Assembly: GCA_030616165.1 (NCBI GenBank)
Contig: JAUWXV010000003.1
Span: forward strand, 1-42,839
Direction of reading: 5' to 3'
Source of the DNA: a bacterium
Lineage (GTDB): Bacteria; SM23-31; JAUVVT01
Length of the DNA: 42,839 bases
The position numbers and the translations under genes are program-made. Below are positions 11,901 to 19,574 of this stretch, in pieces (positions within the stretch are counted from its first letter, which is position 1; every line of letters starts with the position of its first letter). A model generated the notes under the pieces. That model was not told the DNA's origin. It saw only the letters and a list, made by a program, of their open reading frames with translations, and ran no database searches.

Positions 11901-14040
11901 CAGTTATCATTGTTAGTTGTACATAACTGTCAGATAGTTCATCGGTCTTCCACACTATCTTTGCACTGTTCTGGGTAATTTCAACGGCAGCAGGACCCTC
12001 GGTTACAAAAGGTGGTATCGTGTCTTTCTCGGCTTTTGTAGTAAAGGTACGGTCTATTCCAATTAGTGCATTATCACTGCGGTCTGTTGAACGAATGCGG
12101 TAATGATATTCAGTTTTCGGCTCTAAGTCTGGCAAAAAGATTGAATGATATCTTACTAACGTGGAATCGTAAACAGGGTGTTCATAATCAGTTGTTAAGC
12201 CAAATTCCACATAACTGTCCGATATCTCATTCGTTACCCATATAATCCTTGCGCTTATATCAGTAATACCGCCTGCAACAGGTGGGTTAACTAATATAGG
12301 TGCAATTGTGTCTTTTACTGCTTTTGTACGAAAACCGCCCCACAATGTATCACTTGTATTCCCGAATGCATCTATCGAATAAATTCTATATTCATATCCT
12401 GTATCGTATGATAAATTAAACAGTGGTACAATATGCTTCAATGTTAATATTTCTAAATTAATCTCCTTATAAGGTTCATCGCTTCCTGACACCCGGTAAC
12501 CTAAATCGCTTGTAGCCGGTTCATCCGTATGCCATATTACAGCAGCGCTATTCATCCTGATACCTGCAGCAAAAGGTCCCTCTACAATCACTGGCGGAAT
12601 AGTATCTTTCTCTGCTGCTGTTATAAATGTCAAATTCCTGCTGTAAACAGGTCCGTTACCTGCAGAATCAATAATCGATACCCTGTAATTATACTCAGTT
12701 TCGGGTATTAAACTATCAAGAGTAACACTATGCAATTTCGTTAAGGTAGTATCCTGAACGGAATCCGTATACGCAGTTGTCGTGCCGTAATAAACTATGC
12801 CTCTTGTCAATTCATTCGTCGTCCATCCAATAGTGGCTGCATCCTTCGTAACGCTCACATCACGAGGCCTTAAAACATAAACAGGCGGCATAATATCCGT
12901 TCCGGGAAGTATTATAGTAAATCTATATATCTTTGAAATGTGAACTTTTCCATCAGGATTCATTACCTGTACGTCGTATGTCCCGACAGGTAAAGAACCT
13001 GCAGGAATAATAATCTTTATAGGCAAAACTATCACAGTAAACTCAACCTTTACCACATTAAAAGGTGCTGTACCAATCGTTATCTTAAGCCCAGGTTGAA
13101 AATTTTTACCGGAAATCCGTACCTCTATATCCTCATTAGAAAATCCTCTTATAGGTGAAATACCGGTTATAATAGGGTAAAGTTCAATTGCTACAATCAT
13201 AGGTCTGCTGTAAAGAGTTAACTCGGTGGCAATAGTATTGGTTATCTGACAGGTATATATTCCAGAAGATGCTGCAGTTGAAGATGCAATCGTATAAGTA
13301 CTGCTGTTTGCGTCAGAAATAGGTGTACCGTTCCTGAACCATTGATACTGATTGGCTGTTCCACCAACTGATACAGACAATGTAATACTTGTCCCGGGAG
13401 CAGCAGAATGGACTTTCTCCTCACCAACCACGTCCTGCGGTGAATATATAAATCCTTCAAAATGGCCGATATTGGGCTCAATATCTTCAAAAGTTAATTG
13501 ATTATCGTCCACCTTTAAACTATCTAACGATTCTAAAGAAGATAGAACAGGTAAATCGGTAAACTGATTTTTATGAAGATATAAATAATATAAATTAATC
13601 AAATTGCCTATCTCAGTAGGGATACTGCCCGTAAGTTGATTATCATTAAGACGTAGACTTTTCAGATTAGCAAGATTCCCAATTTCTTTGGGTATTTCTC
13701 CCGATAAATTATTATTATTCAAGTCAATACTTATTACATATCCATTAGTATCCACTTGTACCCCGTTCCATGTTCCTACAGGTTCATCACTCAACCAGTT
13801 AGTATTATTACTCCAATTTGACCCGCCAAGGGCATTATACAACTGAACAAGAGTTAATGAATCTGGACTTTCCGTCTGTGCCTGAGTTGAGTGTGCAGTC
13901 GCCATCAGCAATGTGCATATAAATAATAAACATGTTATACATTTAACCGAATCTTGTGCTGCTTTTCTCATATTCTGTTTAAATAAATTACTACTCTTCA
14001 AACGAGATAATGCAGACAAAATAATTTTTAAAGTTTTCAT
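5959..14040 (-). CDS. Giant secreted protein: short LRR module, Ig/IPT domains, about 19 tandem FN3-like repeats, further FN3 domains and a C-terminal FlgD-Ig/T9SS-like domain
   Basis: Plant-receptor-type LRR (LNNNNLSGEIPKEIGNLANLKSLRLNDNQLTGSIP); about 100-aa repeats D..PP.I..GP......A.I.W.TDE.S...V.FG...H...L.NL...T.Y.Y...S.D..GN; C-terminal LYQNYPNPFNP...TKKMILLK. The start may be the downstream Met (MRKAAQ). Confidence 0.85.
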   Translation of the reverse strand: MKTLKIILSALSRLKSSNLFKQNMRKAAQDSVKCITCLLFICTLLMATAHSTQAQTESPDSLTLVQLYNALGGSNWSNNTNWLSDEPVGTWNGVQVDTNGYVISIDLNNNNLSGEIPKEIGNLANLKSLRLNDNQLTGSIPTEIGNLINLYYLYLHKNQFTDLPVLSSLESLDSLKVDDNQLTFEDIEPNIGHFEGFIYSPQDVVGEEKVHSAAPGTSITLSVSVGGTANQYQWFRNGTPISDANSSTYTIASSTAASSGIYTCQITNTIATELTLYSRPMIVAIELYPIITGISPIRGFSNEDIEVRISGKNFQPGLKITIGTAPFNVVKVEFTVIVLPIKIIIPAGSLPVGTYDVQVMNPDGKVHISKIYRFTIILPGTDIMPPVYVLRPRDVSVTKDAATIGWTTNELTRGIVYYGTTTAYTDSVQDTTLTKLHSVTLDSLIPETEYNYRVSIIDSAGNGPVYSRNLTFITAAEKDTIPPVIVEGPFAAGIRMNSAAVIWHTDEPATSDLGYRVSGSDEPYKEINLEILTLKHIVPLFNLSYDTGYEYRIYSIDAFGNTSDTLWGGFRTKAVKDTIAPILVNPPVAGGITDISARIIWVTNEISDSYVEFGLTTDYEHPVYDSTLVRYHSIFLPDLEPKTEYHYRIRSTDRSDNALIGIDRTFTTKAEKDTIPPFVTEGPAAVEITQNSAKIVWKTDELSDSYVQLTMITAASVLAAADTQKFIFSNPELVLEHAVPVTGLFAGRRYMYNIGSKDADGNKTILRRFSFKTLVEADVTPPRLVSSSVLSGKGHDYAVIEWKTDENSTSEVYYAIDSAKVKESEPVVLTERVKLHYVKLTGLQTETFYYYMIRSVDVNGNVLWGPLRRFRTKSAPDITPPVIIEGPVVTGITVNSAVILWKTDELATSVVSFNIESDTVITTISSGDLVKNHYVMLTGLVSDTKYVYRIKSEDGSNNISSEVTGTFKTKLKVIVIKPIITNGPIVVSRTHNSATIKWITNKLSNSIVEYDTTLEIGQIEVDVSNVKEHNITLTNLSSLTTYFYRVLSIDQSRDTVSSEIKEFITRAAPDTLPPVVLTGPIVIGRTKTQATIKWKTDEPSDSRVEYGTTETYDMVEEKSEHKLTHLVRLTNLIPGTEYHYSFSSTDLSGNTFISGDFTFMTRIDVDEKPPIILARAIVAAKTHNSATIEWVTDEPSDSYVKFGLDTTLQESEEDASDVKEHKIILTNLTADTLYYFRVRSTDASGNTVESRLWGFKTLTSPDTVAPIIAAGPEEIGKTDVKVAIRWKTDELADGYVEFGETEAYGDITGTEKYSKEHIIPLTNLTPDTEYHYKIISTDITGNKYQSEDFSFKTKKEEDKKPPVILNGPIVKNRTYNTATIVWVTDEVSDGFVYFGTDTSSTELVGHEEDITFHSISLTNLSSSTIYYYKVKSEDPSGNYKFSYFFKLKTKAEPDTIKPRWTRRPNAVNRTHNTVTIVWETDELSDSYIEFGTDSTNLDQTVEDAEKVTIHSLLLTNLSSSTRYWYRARSIDLNGNSFTGAIQQFITRAAPDTIPPVILKGPIAMNVTHNSATIVWETDERTSSFVEFGTDSTSLGNKTGSADLIKVGRVSLTNLEPNTLYYVSVMSQDISRNEVNTRDRLYAFYTKAVPDTLPPDIIEGPIVVHTTENSALIKWKTNKQSNTIVEFGTDTTYNEGPVSNEENVRNHKFILTNLLPATEYFAYVRSIDLNGNVIETRDTPISFRTKKEKDRKKPKVIRGPIVTNLISSESSLGKILSSVTIEWTTDEPSDGFVVYRFRKDSMTYSEGNSELTIDHSVNLTNLIPGEKYYYVVNSTDIDGNKNEKTRIINKLLTPVAADTTKPFIVEGPIVFTTERSASFEWVTDEPSNSFIYYGIADSIEAGARYEKYGSADLSRKHNIVITNLQPGEEYIFIITSSDRSNNVITFPTKYVGSLYRTLEEARTAQPPGGTGRFTTSSIRDDVAPIIISGPTVTNKSATNVTIEWFTDEQSNSIVEYGISEDYTLSKQSASNVVEHSVTLTNLEPSTTYNYQVSSTDINQYGPSLSLNSTVTTDAETDIIPPQIIAGPVVTSITDDQATILWETDEPSDTYIEFTLDSTFGILDTISGPPEIRILAEDVTFHQITLTNLLPDTIYYFRVASVDLEDNGPTFSADKYFRTYAIKDLIPPQIIDGPRVVSITNHTATIQWITDELSDSFVMFSDSASFQKRNALRKVTNYYENEWENNVGSAKDVTEHEITLTNLEPDVTYIYTAGSVDKSDNVTYAPDTYLFKTSASPDTTPPEVPEISFAVGGNNEVYIQWAEVPNAAGDLNGYNIYRSKGLEEDYISIATQIKDTYYYDRSVKNDTSYAYYISSMDNVYPPNESGRSEPFLVKPNADSVATAPVISSPSKDAVISSTFRPTLIVQNSVSTRQPMTYTFAVAYDSTFLNLTVYKTGITEDQNTTSYAPQTELENYTQYYWRVRSNDGIFNSPWSETGKFYLDVPVDVQLAVFTGKSIVGAIQLDWETVSENGNAGFNIYRSLSPDYGFEKINSKLIPSSGDMKYTFEDNNVEPGKIYYYKLESVNISGIIKQYEVLQVTAMLPKEFVLYQNYPNPFNPYTKIEYQLPKITKVTLKIFNILGQEIKTLINQEQEPGNYQIMWDGTNNLGIKVSSGIYLYQFKADGFVQTKKMILLK

Positions 14041-14795
14041 CTTTTATTTTCCTAATTAAATTTGATTTAATGTTCAAAAATAAGCTTCTTCGGACTTTTT
14101 ATTTGCACAAAAAAGTCAAGTAAATTTCAATTTATATTAAATCGGTAATTTTATAGCAACTTTTAACAAATAAAATTTTTTTTAATTTAATAAGTAAAGT
14201 GTTATAAGTCAAGTATTTAAAAATTACGGCGGTTTCATTTAATAATATTGGTAAAAGAATTAAATGATATATTCCAGAATGAACATAGCCTGTATTTTCT
14301 AATAATTATTTGCACATTGAGAAATAAAAAATAATACTTTACTTTTATTTCTTATAAAATTATATTATAATATAATTTTAGTTCTTACAACTGTTATCAT
14401 TTCGTACACTTCTTAACGACCAGGTAAATTTTCCCTGTCATCTTGTCCCGATATTTTTAGACCAGGCTCTACAACATAATTATCTCGAATAATAGGAAGG
14501 TATGACGCCGGCGTTTAATAAATTTGTAAAACTTAATATTAAATCCAGGTATTTTTCTATTTGTTAAAGTAAAAATAAGTTACTTGACTTTAAAAACTAT
14601 ATGTAAATGTTATTATTGAATTAATACTATTTTAATTTTTAATGTTAACCGTCAAATTTTTATGTTAGTTAAAAGTTAGTCGTGTACAAAAGTTAGTAGA
14701 AAAAATATATTAATATTTAATACATGTAAGTTTTATAATATTAATAAAATAGTTCGGTGATTTTATTTTACACTTACCTCAACAAGGAGGTTTAC

Positions 14796-15440
14796 ATGAA
14801 TATTAAAGATTACAAAGAAATACATAAAAATGATAAGCAAAACAGACGTAGGTTTTTGAAAAAACTTGTGAAGTGTACCGTTTTTATTCCCCCAATAATT
14901 TATCAATTGAAAACTTCGAAGACTTCTCATGCTGCTTTACCACCTAAAGGATTAGACGAAATAAAGGGGCAAGAATTTTACGATGAGATTCTGAAAACGG
15001 CTTATGAAAGGATGGTTGGTTATACTTGAGCTGAAGCAAGCTTGCAAGGTTTGCAAGAAATGTGGGACTTACCAAAAAAATGGTACTCCTGGGCTACTGC
15101 GGGATATGGTGGGGCTATTGGATCAGGGCAAACGACGTGCGGTCTTTTGATTGGCAGTAGTATAGCTATTGGCTTTCGCTATGGTCAGGGCAAAGATGGT
15201 ATTCCAGGGAAATTTAAGGACGAAAGAACCAGAGCCATTCGAGCTGTAGGTCTGTTGTATGAGGACTTTTTAAAAGAATTCGGCAGCACGCATTGCCAGA
15301 CGCTAATCGGCATTGATTGGTCCAAACCGGAAGACAGAAAAAGATATAAAAATGATAAAATTGGTCAAACAAAATGTGGTGTTTTTTTAAATTTTGTGAT
15401 GAACAGATTTATCGACCTGACAAAAGAAGGAAAAATATAA
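14796..15440 (+). CDS. C-GCAxxG-C-C family redox selenoprotein with Tat-like signal; Sec at UGA 15027-15029 (codon 78), 214 aa
   Basis: AAGGAGG RBS before ATG 14796. ORFs 14757..15029 and 15042..15440 are in the same frame, joined as YT-UGA-AEASLQG, where family members have C-A-E-A. Downstream GYGGAIG..TTCGLLIG...FGSTHC...KC. SECIS-like hairpin follows the UGA. Confidence 0.85.
15027..15057 (+). promoter_or_regulatory. Bacterial SECIS-like element
   Basis: TGA, then 11 nt (GCTGAAGCAAG), then the perfect hairpin CTTGCAA-GGT-TTGCAAG (15041-15057) with GGU at the apex. Confidence 0.8.
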
Positions 15441-15523
15441 GAATTACGTATATTGAACGTTTTAACATTGTTGATATTTATATTTATGTCAAATTATTAA
15501 TCCTTTAATAAGGAGATTTTGTC

Positions 15524-16816
15524 ATGAATACTAATGAACAAAAATTCGATGTGATAGTCGTTGGAACTGGGGCAGGTGGCGCAACTGTAGCAAGAGAATT
15601 ATCTCGGAAAAAAAAGAAAGTGCTTATGCTTGAATGGGGAGATTATGTACCATTAACAGGAAGCTTCAAGCATTGTTTTAAATCACTTTTATTCCCTGGC
15701 AGAGGATTACTATTTACAAATCAGATGCTTGGTTTACTCAGAGGAATAGATACTGGTGGAAGTACGGTCTTTTCCTGTGCAACATTTTTTCCTGTACCTT
15801 TTGAGATGCTTAAATCTTATGGTATAGATATTACTGCAGAAGTGGAAGAGCAAAAAAAAGAACTCCCAATCGCACCTCTTAAAGATGAAATGATTGGTCC
15901 CATGTCAAAAAGGATCATGGAAAGTGCTCAGGATCTTGGTTATAACTGGCAAAAACTGGACAAATGTATGTACCAGGACAAATGGAAACCTGAATACAAA
16001 TTTAGTCATTACGGTGATCCTCATGGTGTAAAGTGGAGTGCAAGAATGTACGTCGAGGAAGCTATAGCTAATGAAGCATCACTTATAAACGGAGCAAAAG
16101 TTAAGAAAGTAATAATAGAAAAAAAGACTGCAATTGGAGTTGAATATAAAAAAGACGGAAAGAAACTCAAGGTTTTCGCACCAAAGATTATTATTTCCGC
16201 AGGTGGAATCGGTTCTCCAGTGATACTCAGAGCAAGCGGTATCAAAGAGGCCGGTTATAATTTCTTTTTTGATCCTGTTATTGTAGTTCGTGGTATAGTA
16301 AAAGACATTGATGTCCCATCTCATGAGATTCCTATGGCCGCTGGTATACACATGGAAGATGAGGGTTATATTATGACCGACATGGCATTTCCGGCTGCAA
16401 TAACTGCCATATCTGCTTTTCAGGTTTTTAGGTTTGATAAAATGCTGTCACGTCGAAAAACACTCCAGATAATGATTAAAGCCAAGGACGCCCTATATGG
16501 GAAACTTACAGATAATGGTGGAGTTAGAAAAAACCTTAAAAGAGATGACAAACAAAAACTGATGAGGGGATTTGAAAGAGCAAAGAAAATTCTGAAAAAT
16601 GCTGGTGCAAAAAGCATTTTTAAGACTTGGTATTTTGCCGGTCATCCTGGTGGTACTGTTAAGGTTGGTGAACTTGTAGATTCAAATCTCAAAACTAAAT
16701 ATGAAAACTTATACGTATGTGACTGTTCAGTTATTCCTGAAGCTTGGGGATTGCCACCAGTAGCTACAATTATTGGTCTTGGTAAGCGGCTTTCAAAGCA
16801 TCTTACTAGTGAATAA
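15524..16816 (+). CDS. GMC (glucose-methanol-choline) family FAD-dependent oxidoreductase
   Basis: FDVIVVGTGAGG dinucleotide-binding motif, GGST, IISAGGIGSPVILRASG, HPGGTVKVG, ENLYVCDCSVIP...PPVATI. AAGGAG RBS. Confidence 0.88.
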   Translation: MNTNEQKFDVIVVGTGAGGATVARELSRKKKKVLMLEWGDYVPLTGSFKHCFKSLLFPGRGLLFTNQMLGLLRGIDTGGSTVFSCATFFPVPFEMLKSYGIDITAEVEEQKKELPIAPLKDEMIGPMSKRIMESAQDLGYNWQKLDKCMYQDKWKPEYKFSHYGDPHGVKWSARMYVEEAIANEASLINGAKVKKVIIEKKTAIGVEYKKDGKKLKVFAPKIIISAGGIGSPVILRASGIKEAGYNFFFDPVIVVRGIVKDIDVPSHEIPMAAGIHMEDEGYIMTDMAFPAAITAISAFQVFRFDKMLSRRKTLQIMIKAKDALYGKLTDNGGVRKNLKRDDKQKLMRGFERAKKILKNAGAKSIFKTWYFAGHPGGTVKVGELVDSNLKTKYENLYVCDCSVIPEAWGLPPVATIIGLGKRLSKHLTSE

Positions 16817-16892
16817 TCCAGTCAAATAAGAGAATCTTTAAAGGAAGTGTCAGAATAACCTCTAAATTATTATTTTAAAAAGGGGATATAAG

Positions 16893-16997
16893 ATTAGTAA
16901 AATAAGAAAAAATTTCATTTTTTTAATCACTGTCATTACCTTTGCGGTCTTAGTAGTATTTATGGCTGGGTGTGGTAGTGAACAAAAACATTTATAA
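16893..16997 (+). pseudogene. Orphaned lipoprotein signal-peptide coding remnant
   Basis: After AAAAGGGGA the frame reads ATT-SKIRKNFIFLITVITFAVLVVFMAG-C-GSEQKHL-TAA: basic n-region, hydrophobic h-region and lipobox, but no ATG and an early stop. Confidence 0.55.
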
Positions 16998-17011
16998 AAA
17001 GGAGTAATATT

Positions 17012-17596
17012 ATGAAAGAACATAATAGAAGAGTATTTTTGGGGTTATCCACAGCTGGATTATTAGCATTAGCTGGTTGTGGTAAAGAATTAGAAATTGA
17101 AAAAGGAGTAACCAAGATGGCAAGTGAAGATGCCTTTAACGGTGCCAAGAACGCATTCACCACTTTCTATGCATACTTCAACGCGGTTGCGCAGGAAATA
17201 GGCATGGAACAAGCCCTCGCCCTGTATACAAAGGTGTTTGAGGCAGGGGGCGATGCGCGGGGCAAGATGATTAAAGAGCAGGCTGGCGTTGAGGAATTAG
17301 ACGCCAAAGCAGCGGCTCTGCTGATAAAAAACCTTTCAGAAGGCACTGGCGGTAGCTTGGAAGTGATAGAGGAAAGCCCTCAAAAGGTTGTTATCAAGTT
17401 CGGAAGGTGCCCCCTTTACGAGGCAGCCCAAGTGGTGGGGATGGATGCCGAAACCATCGAGACTCTGTGCCGTGCTGGTGGTCTCAGAGCTATGGACACA
17501 ATGGTTAAACAACTCAACCCCAATCTCAGTCACCAGTTGAGGAAGTATCGGTCAGCTGCAGATGACTTCTGCGAAGAAACAATCGTGCTGGGTTAG
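17012..17596 (+). CDS. ATC-hydrolase-like (L-2-amino-thiazoline-4-carboxylate hydrolase/V4R-like) protein, copy A, with Tat-lipoprotein signal
   Basis: NRRVFLG Tat motif and LAG-C lipobox. Core has AVAQEIGMEQAL and three Cys (RCPLYEA, LCRAG, DFCEE). A second RBS plus in-frame ATG lies at 17117. Paralog of 20837..21316. Confidence 0.7.
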   Translation: MKEHNRRVFLGLSTAGLLALAGCGKELEIEKGVTKMASEDAFNGAKNAFTTFYAYFNAVAQEIGMEQALALYTKVFEAGGDARGKMIKEQAGVEELDAKAAALLIKNLSEGTGGSLEVIEESPQKVVIKFGRCPLYEAAQVVGMDAETIETLCRAGGLRAMDTMVKQLNPNLSHQLRKYRSAADDFCEETIVLG

Positions 17597-17628
17597 CCAT
17601 GTTCGTTTCCTGAGTAGGATTTGAATGT

Positions 17629-17860
17629 ATTTCGGGGACACAATACTAAATATAGACAACATACGAATAAATTCGGAAACACAATCCTTATTTCTTGACA
17701 ATATTGTTAGAAAATTACACATTTTCGTATGGAACGATTGTCGAGAGTTGTGGCACATCTCCAACGGTTTATTGAACTCATGCTTTCACAAAAAAAACGG
17801 GGAAGAAAAATAAAAAATAGAAAAAATATGTATGGTGTCCCCAAATTTCTAATTTTATAA
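17629..17860 (+). mobile_element. Internally deleted REP-associated tyrosine transposase (RAYT)-like remnant with inverted repeats
   Basis: Inverted repeats ATTTCGGGGACACAATAC (17629-17646) and GTATGGTGTCCCCAAATT (17830-17847). Mini-ORF 17729-17860 MERLSRVVA...QKKRGRKIK...YGVPK resembles fused RAYT N- and C-termini. Confidence 0.55.
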
Positions 17861-17881
17861 CTAATAATATGGGAGGTTAAT

Positions 17882-18511
17882 ATGAACACAAAAACTTCAT
17901 CTTTAGGTCAAAGCCGCAGGCAGTTCTTTACAAAATTTCTGCCAGCGGGGGCAATATTCTGTTTTGGATGCAGCAAGTTGCTGGCTTGTGATCAGTCAGA
18001 GGAAAAATCTATAGTTTCAACCGGACAGCACAAGTTCCTGGAAAATTCAGGAATGAGTTTTGAAGAAGTTTTTAATTTCGCTTTTAAAGAATTTTATATT
18101 CCTATTGCAAATAATCTTAAGAAAGATATTGGAAAAGACAAATTTATCGAGATGTTAAAAAAAGCCAGTTCTGAGTTTGCTGTACAAATAGGGAAAAATT
18201 TAGCTACAAGTCTTCAAAAAAATGATATCGCTGCCTTTGCTTCTTTTATGAAAGAAAATGAACTCTATAAACATATTTTGACATATGAAATTGTTGAAGA
18301 AACGGACAAGGCTTTTGAAACGAAAGTTACCGAGTGCCTTAATGCTAAGACTTTCCGCGAGGCTGATGCTTCAGATATCGGATATGCTTCCATCTGCCAT
18401 CAAGATTATGCTTTTGTTCGTGCCTTTAACCCTAAAATGAGATTGATTAAAAACAAGACTTTGATGCAGGGGCATGACTTCTGTGATCCCAGATGGGTTT
18501 TGGAAGGATAA
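17882..18511 (+). CDS. ATC-hydrolase family protein with Tat signal
   Basis: SRRQFFTK Tat motif. KVTECLNAKTF...IGYASICHQD...FNPKMRL...TLMQGHDFCD matches the family pattern. GGAGG RBS. Confidence 0.82.
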   Translation: MNTKTSSLGQSRRQFFTKFLPAGAIFCFGCSKLLACDQSEEKSIVSTGQHKFLENSGMSFEEVFNFAFKEFYIPIANNLKKDIGKDKFIEMLKKASSEFAVQIGKNLATSLQKNDIAAFASFMKENELYKHILTYEIVEETDKAFETKVTECLNAKTFREADASDIGYASICHQDYAFVRAFNPKMRLIKNKTLMQGHDFCDPRWVLEG

Positions 18512-18584
18512 CCAGCGGTTGCACCTGCCCGCCTCGCTCACGCGCAATTTTCAAGTTCTTTTTTGTAAGTGTCGGCGGCAGGTG
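18506..18584 (+). mobile_element. Truncated integron attC-like site 1
   Basis: The upstream gene's stop lies in GGATAAC (R''-like). CACCTGCCCGCC (18522-18533) pairs with GGCGGCAGGTG (18574-18584) leaving one unpaired base. The R' end is missing. Confidence 0.55.
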
Positions 18585-18771
18585 TCCCCTTTACGAGGCA
18601 TCCATAGTGCTGGGGCTGGATTCCGAAAACATAGAGGCTCTGTGCCGTGCTGGTGCTCTCAGATTTATTGAAACAATGGTTAAGCAACTCAATCCTAATC
18701 TCAATCACCGGTTGAGGAAGTATCGGTCATCGGCAGATGACTTCTGTGAAGAAGAAATCATACTGGGTTAG
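18576..18771 (+). pseudogene. 3'-half fragment of the ATC-hydrolase-like gene (copy B)
   Basis: GRCPLYEASIVLGLDSENIEALCRAG...DDFCEEEIILG is nearly identical to the C-termini of copies A and C. The 5' half is absent. Confidence 0.85.
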
Positions 18772-18989
18772 CCATGTTCGTTTCCTGAGTAGGACTTGTC
18801 TACCTGAACTGAAGGAAGTCCTGTTTTGCTCTGATAGCGCCCGGTCTCTGCCAGTCCTCTGAATGCCGAAAGCGATGGGACATTGCTTTCATGGGATTTA
18901 TCTGAGGTGCTGTTTTCAACTGCGACTTGGCGGTCGGCAGCATCTTACCGCTCGGCGCGGCACATAATCGCAGCCGCACGCCTGAGCAG
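18772..18989. repeat. 218-bp GC-rich direct repeat, copy 1
   Basis: Colinear with 21317-21534; the last ~100 bp differ at one position. The first ~23 bp also follow copy A (17597-17619). Confidence 0.92.
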
Positions 18990-19100
18990 CAACATTCACG
19001 AGTTATAAGAGTGGTTGTTGAGCCAGGTCAAAGCCGGATTATCCTGACATGGTGAGAGGCGAAGTTACATAGCCATTCGATTGTAACTATGAGCCAGTGC

Positions 19101-19293
19101 GCCTAAAAATGTTATTTCAGTCGACCGCCCAATCTTGATCTTTATTGTGTGTGGTGTTGTCAACAAAGGTGGCTTACCCTTCAAAATTGGTTACAGCAGC
19201 ATAGGTCATATACTATCAAAGAGGTGTTTTAATTCGTTACTTGTTTTCAAATTTAAGTCCACTTGGACGGCGGCTGAATAGCGGTCGTTATAA
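19101..19293 (+). mobile_element. Degenerate integron attC-like site 2
   Basis: GCCTAAA (R''-like) then TTATTTCAGTCGACCGCCCAA, which pairs imperfectly with TTGGACGGCGGCTGAATAG, then GTTATAA (R'-like). Confidence 0.5.
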
Positions 19294-19574
19294 TACAATC
19301 GGAATGTTGCACTTTTAGAAATAGTGTAACATATGGAAAGTATGTTTGTTTCACTTTTTCTCTGACAAATTAAAAGTCTTAATTAAATGTGCTGAGTGAA
19401 ACTATCTTTTAATCTGTTATTTTACCAACAGGAAGAAATCAAAATGAAAGTGGGTTACCTGAAATTTCTCAAATAAAGCCTTAAGAGGAATTATTAATAT
19501 TCCTCCGAAGGCTTGAGTTTTTTTCGAAATTACCCCAACATTCACCAGAAACTATTTGCAGGAGGAATTTAAAG

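Noticed and set aside
14757-15029. Separate 90-aa ORF as a RiPP-like precursor or independent gene
   Set aside because: Better explained as the N-terminal part of the UGA read-through selenoprotein.
18493-18771. 92-aa ORF as an intact gene
   Set aside because: Its N-terminus is translated attC-like DNA fused to a paralog fragment.
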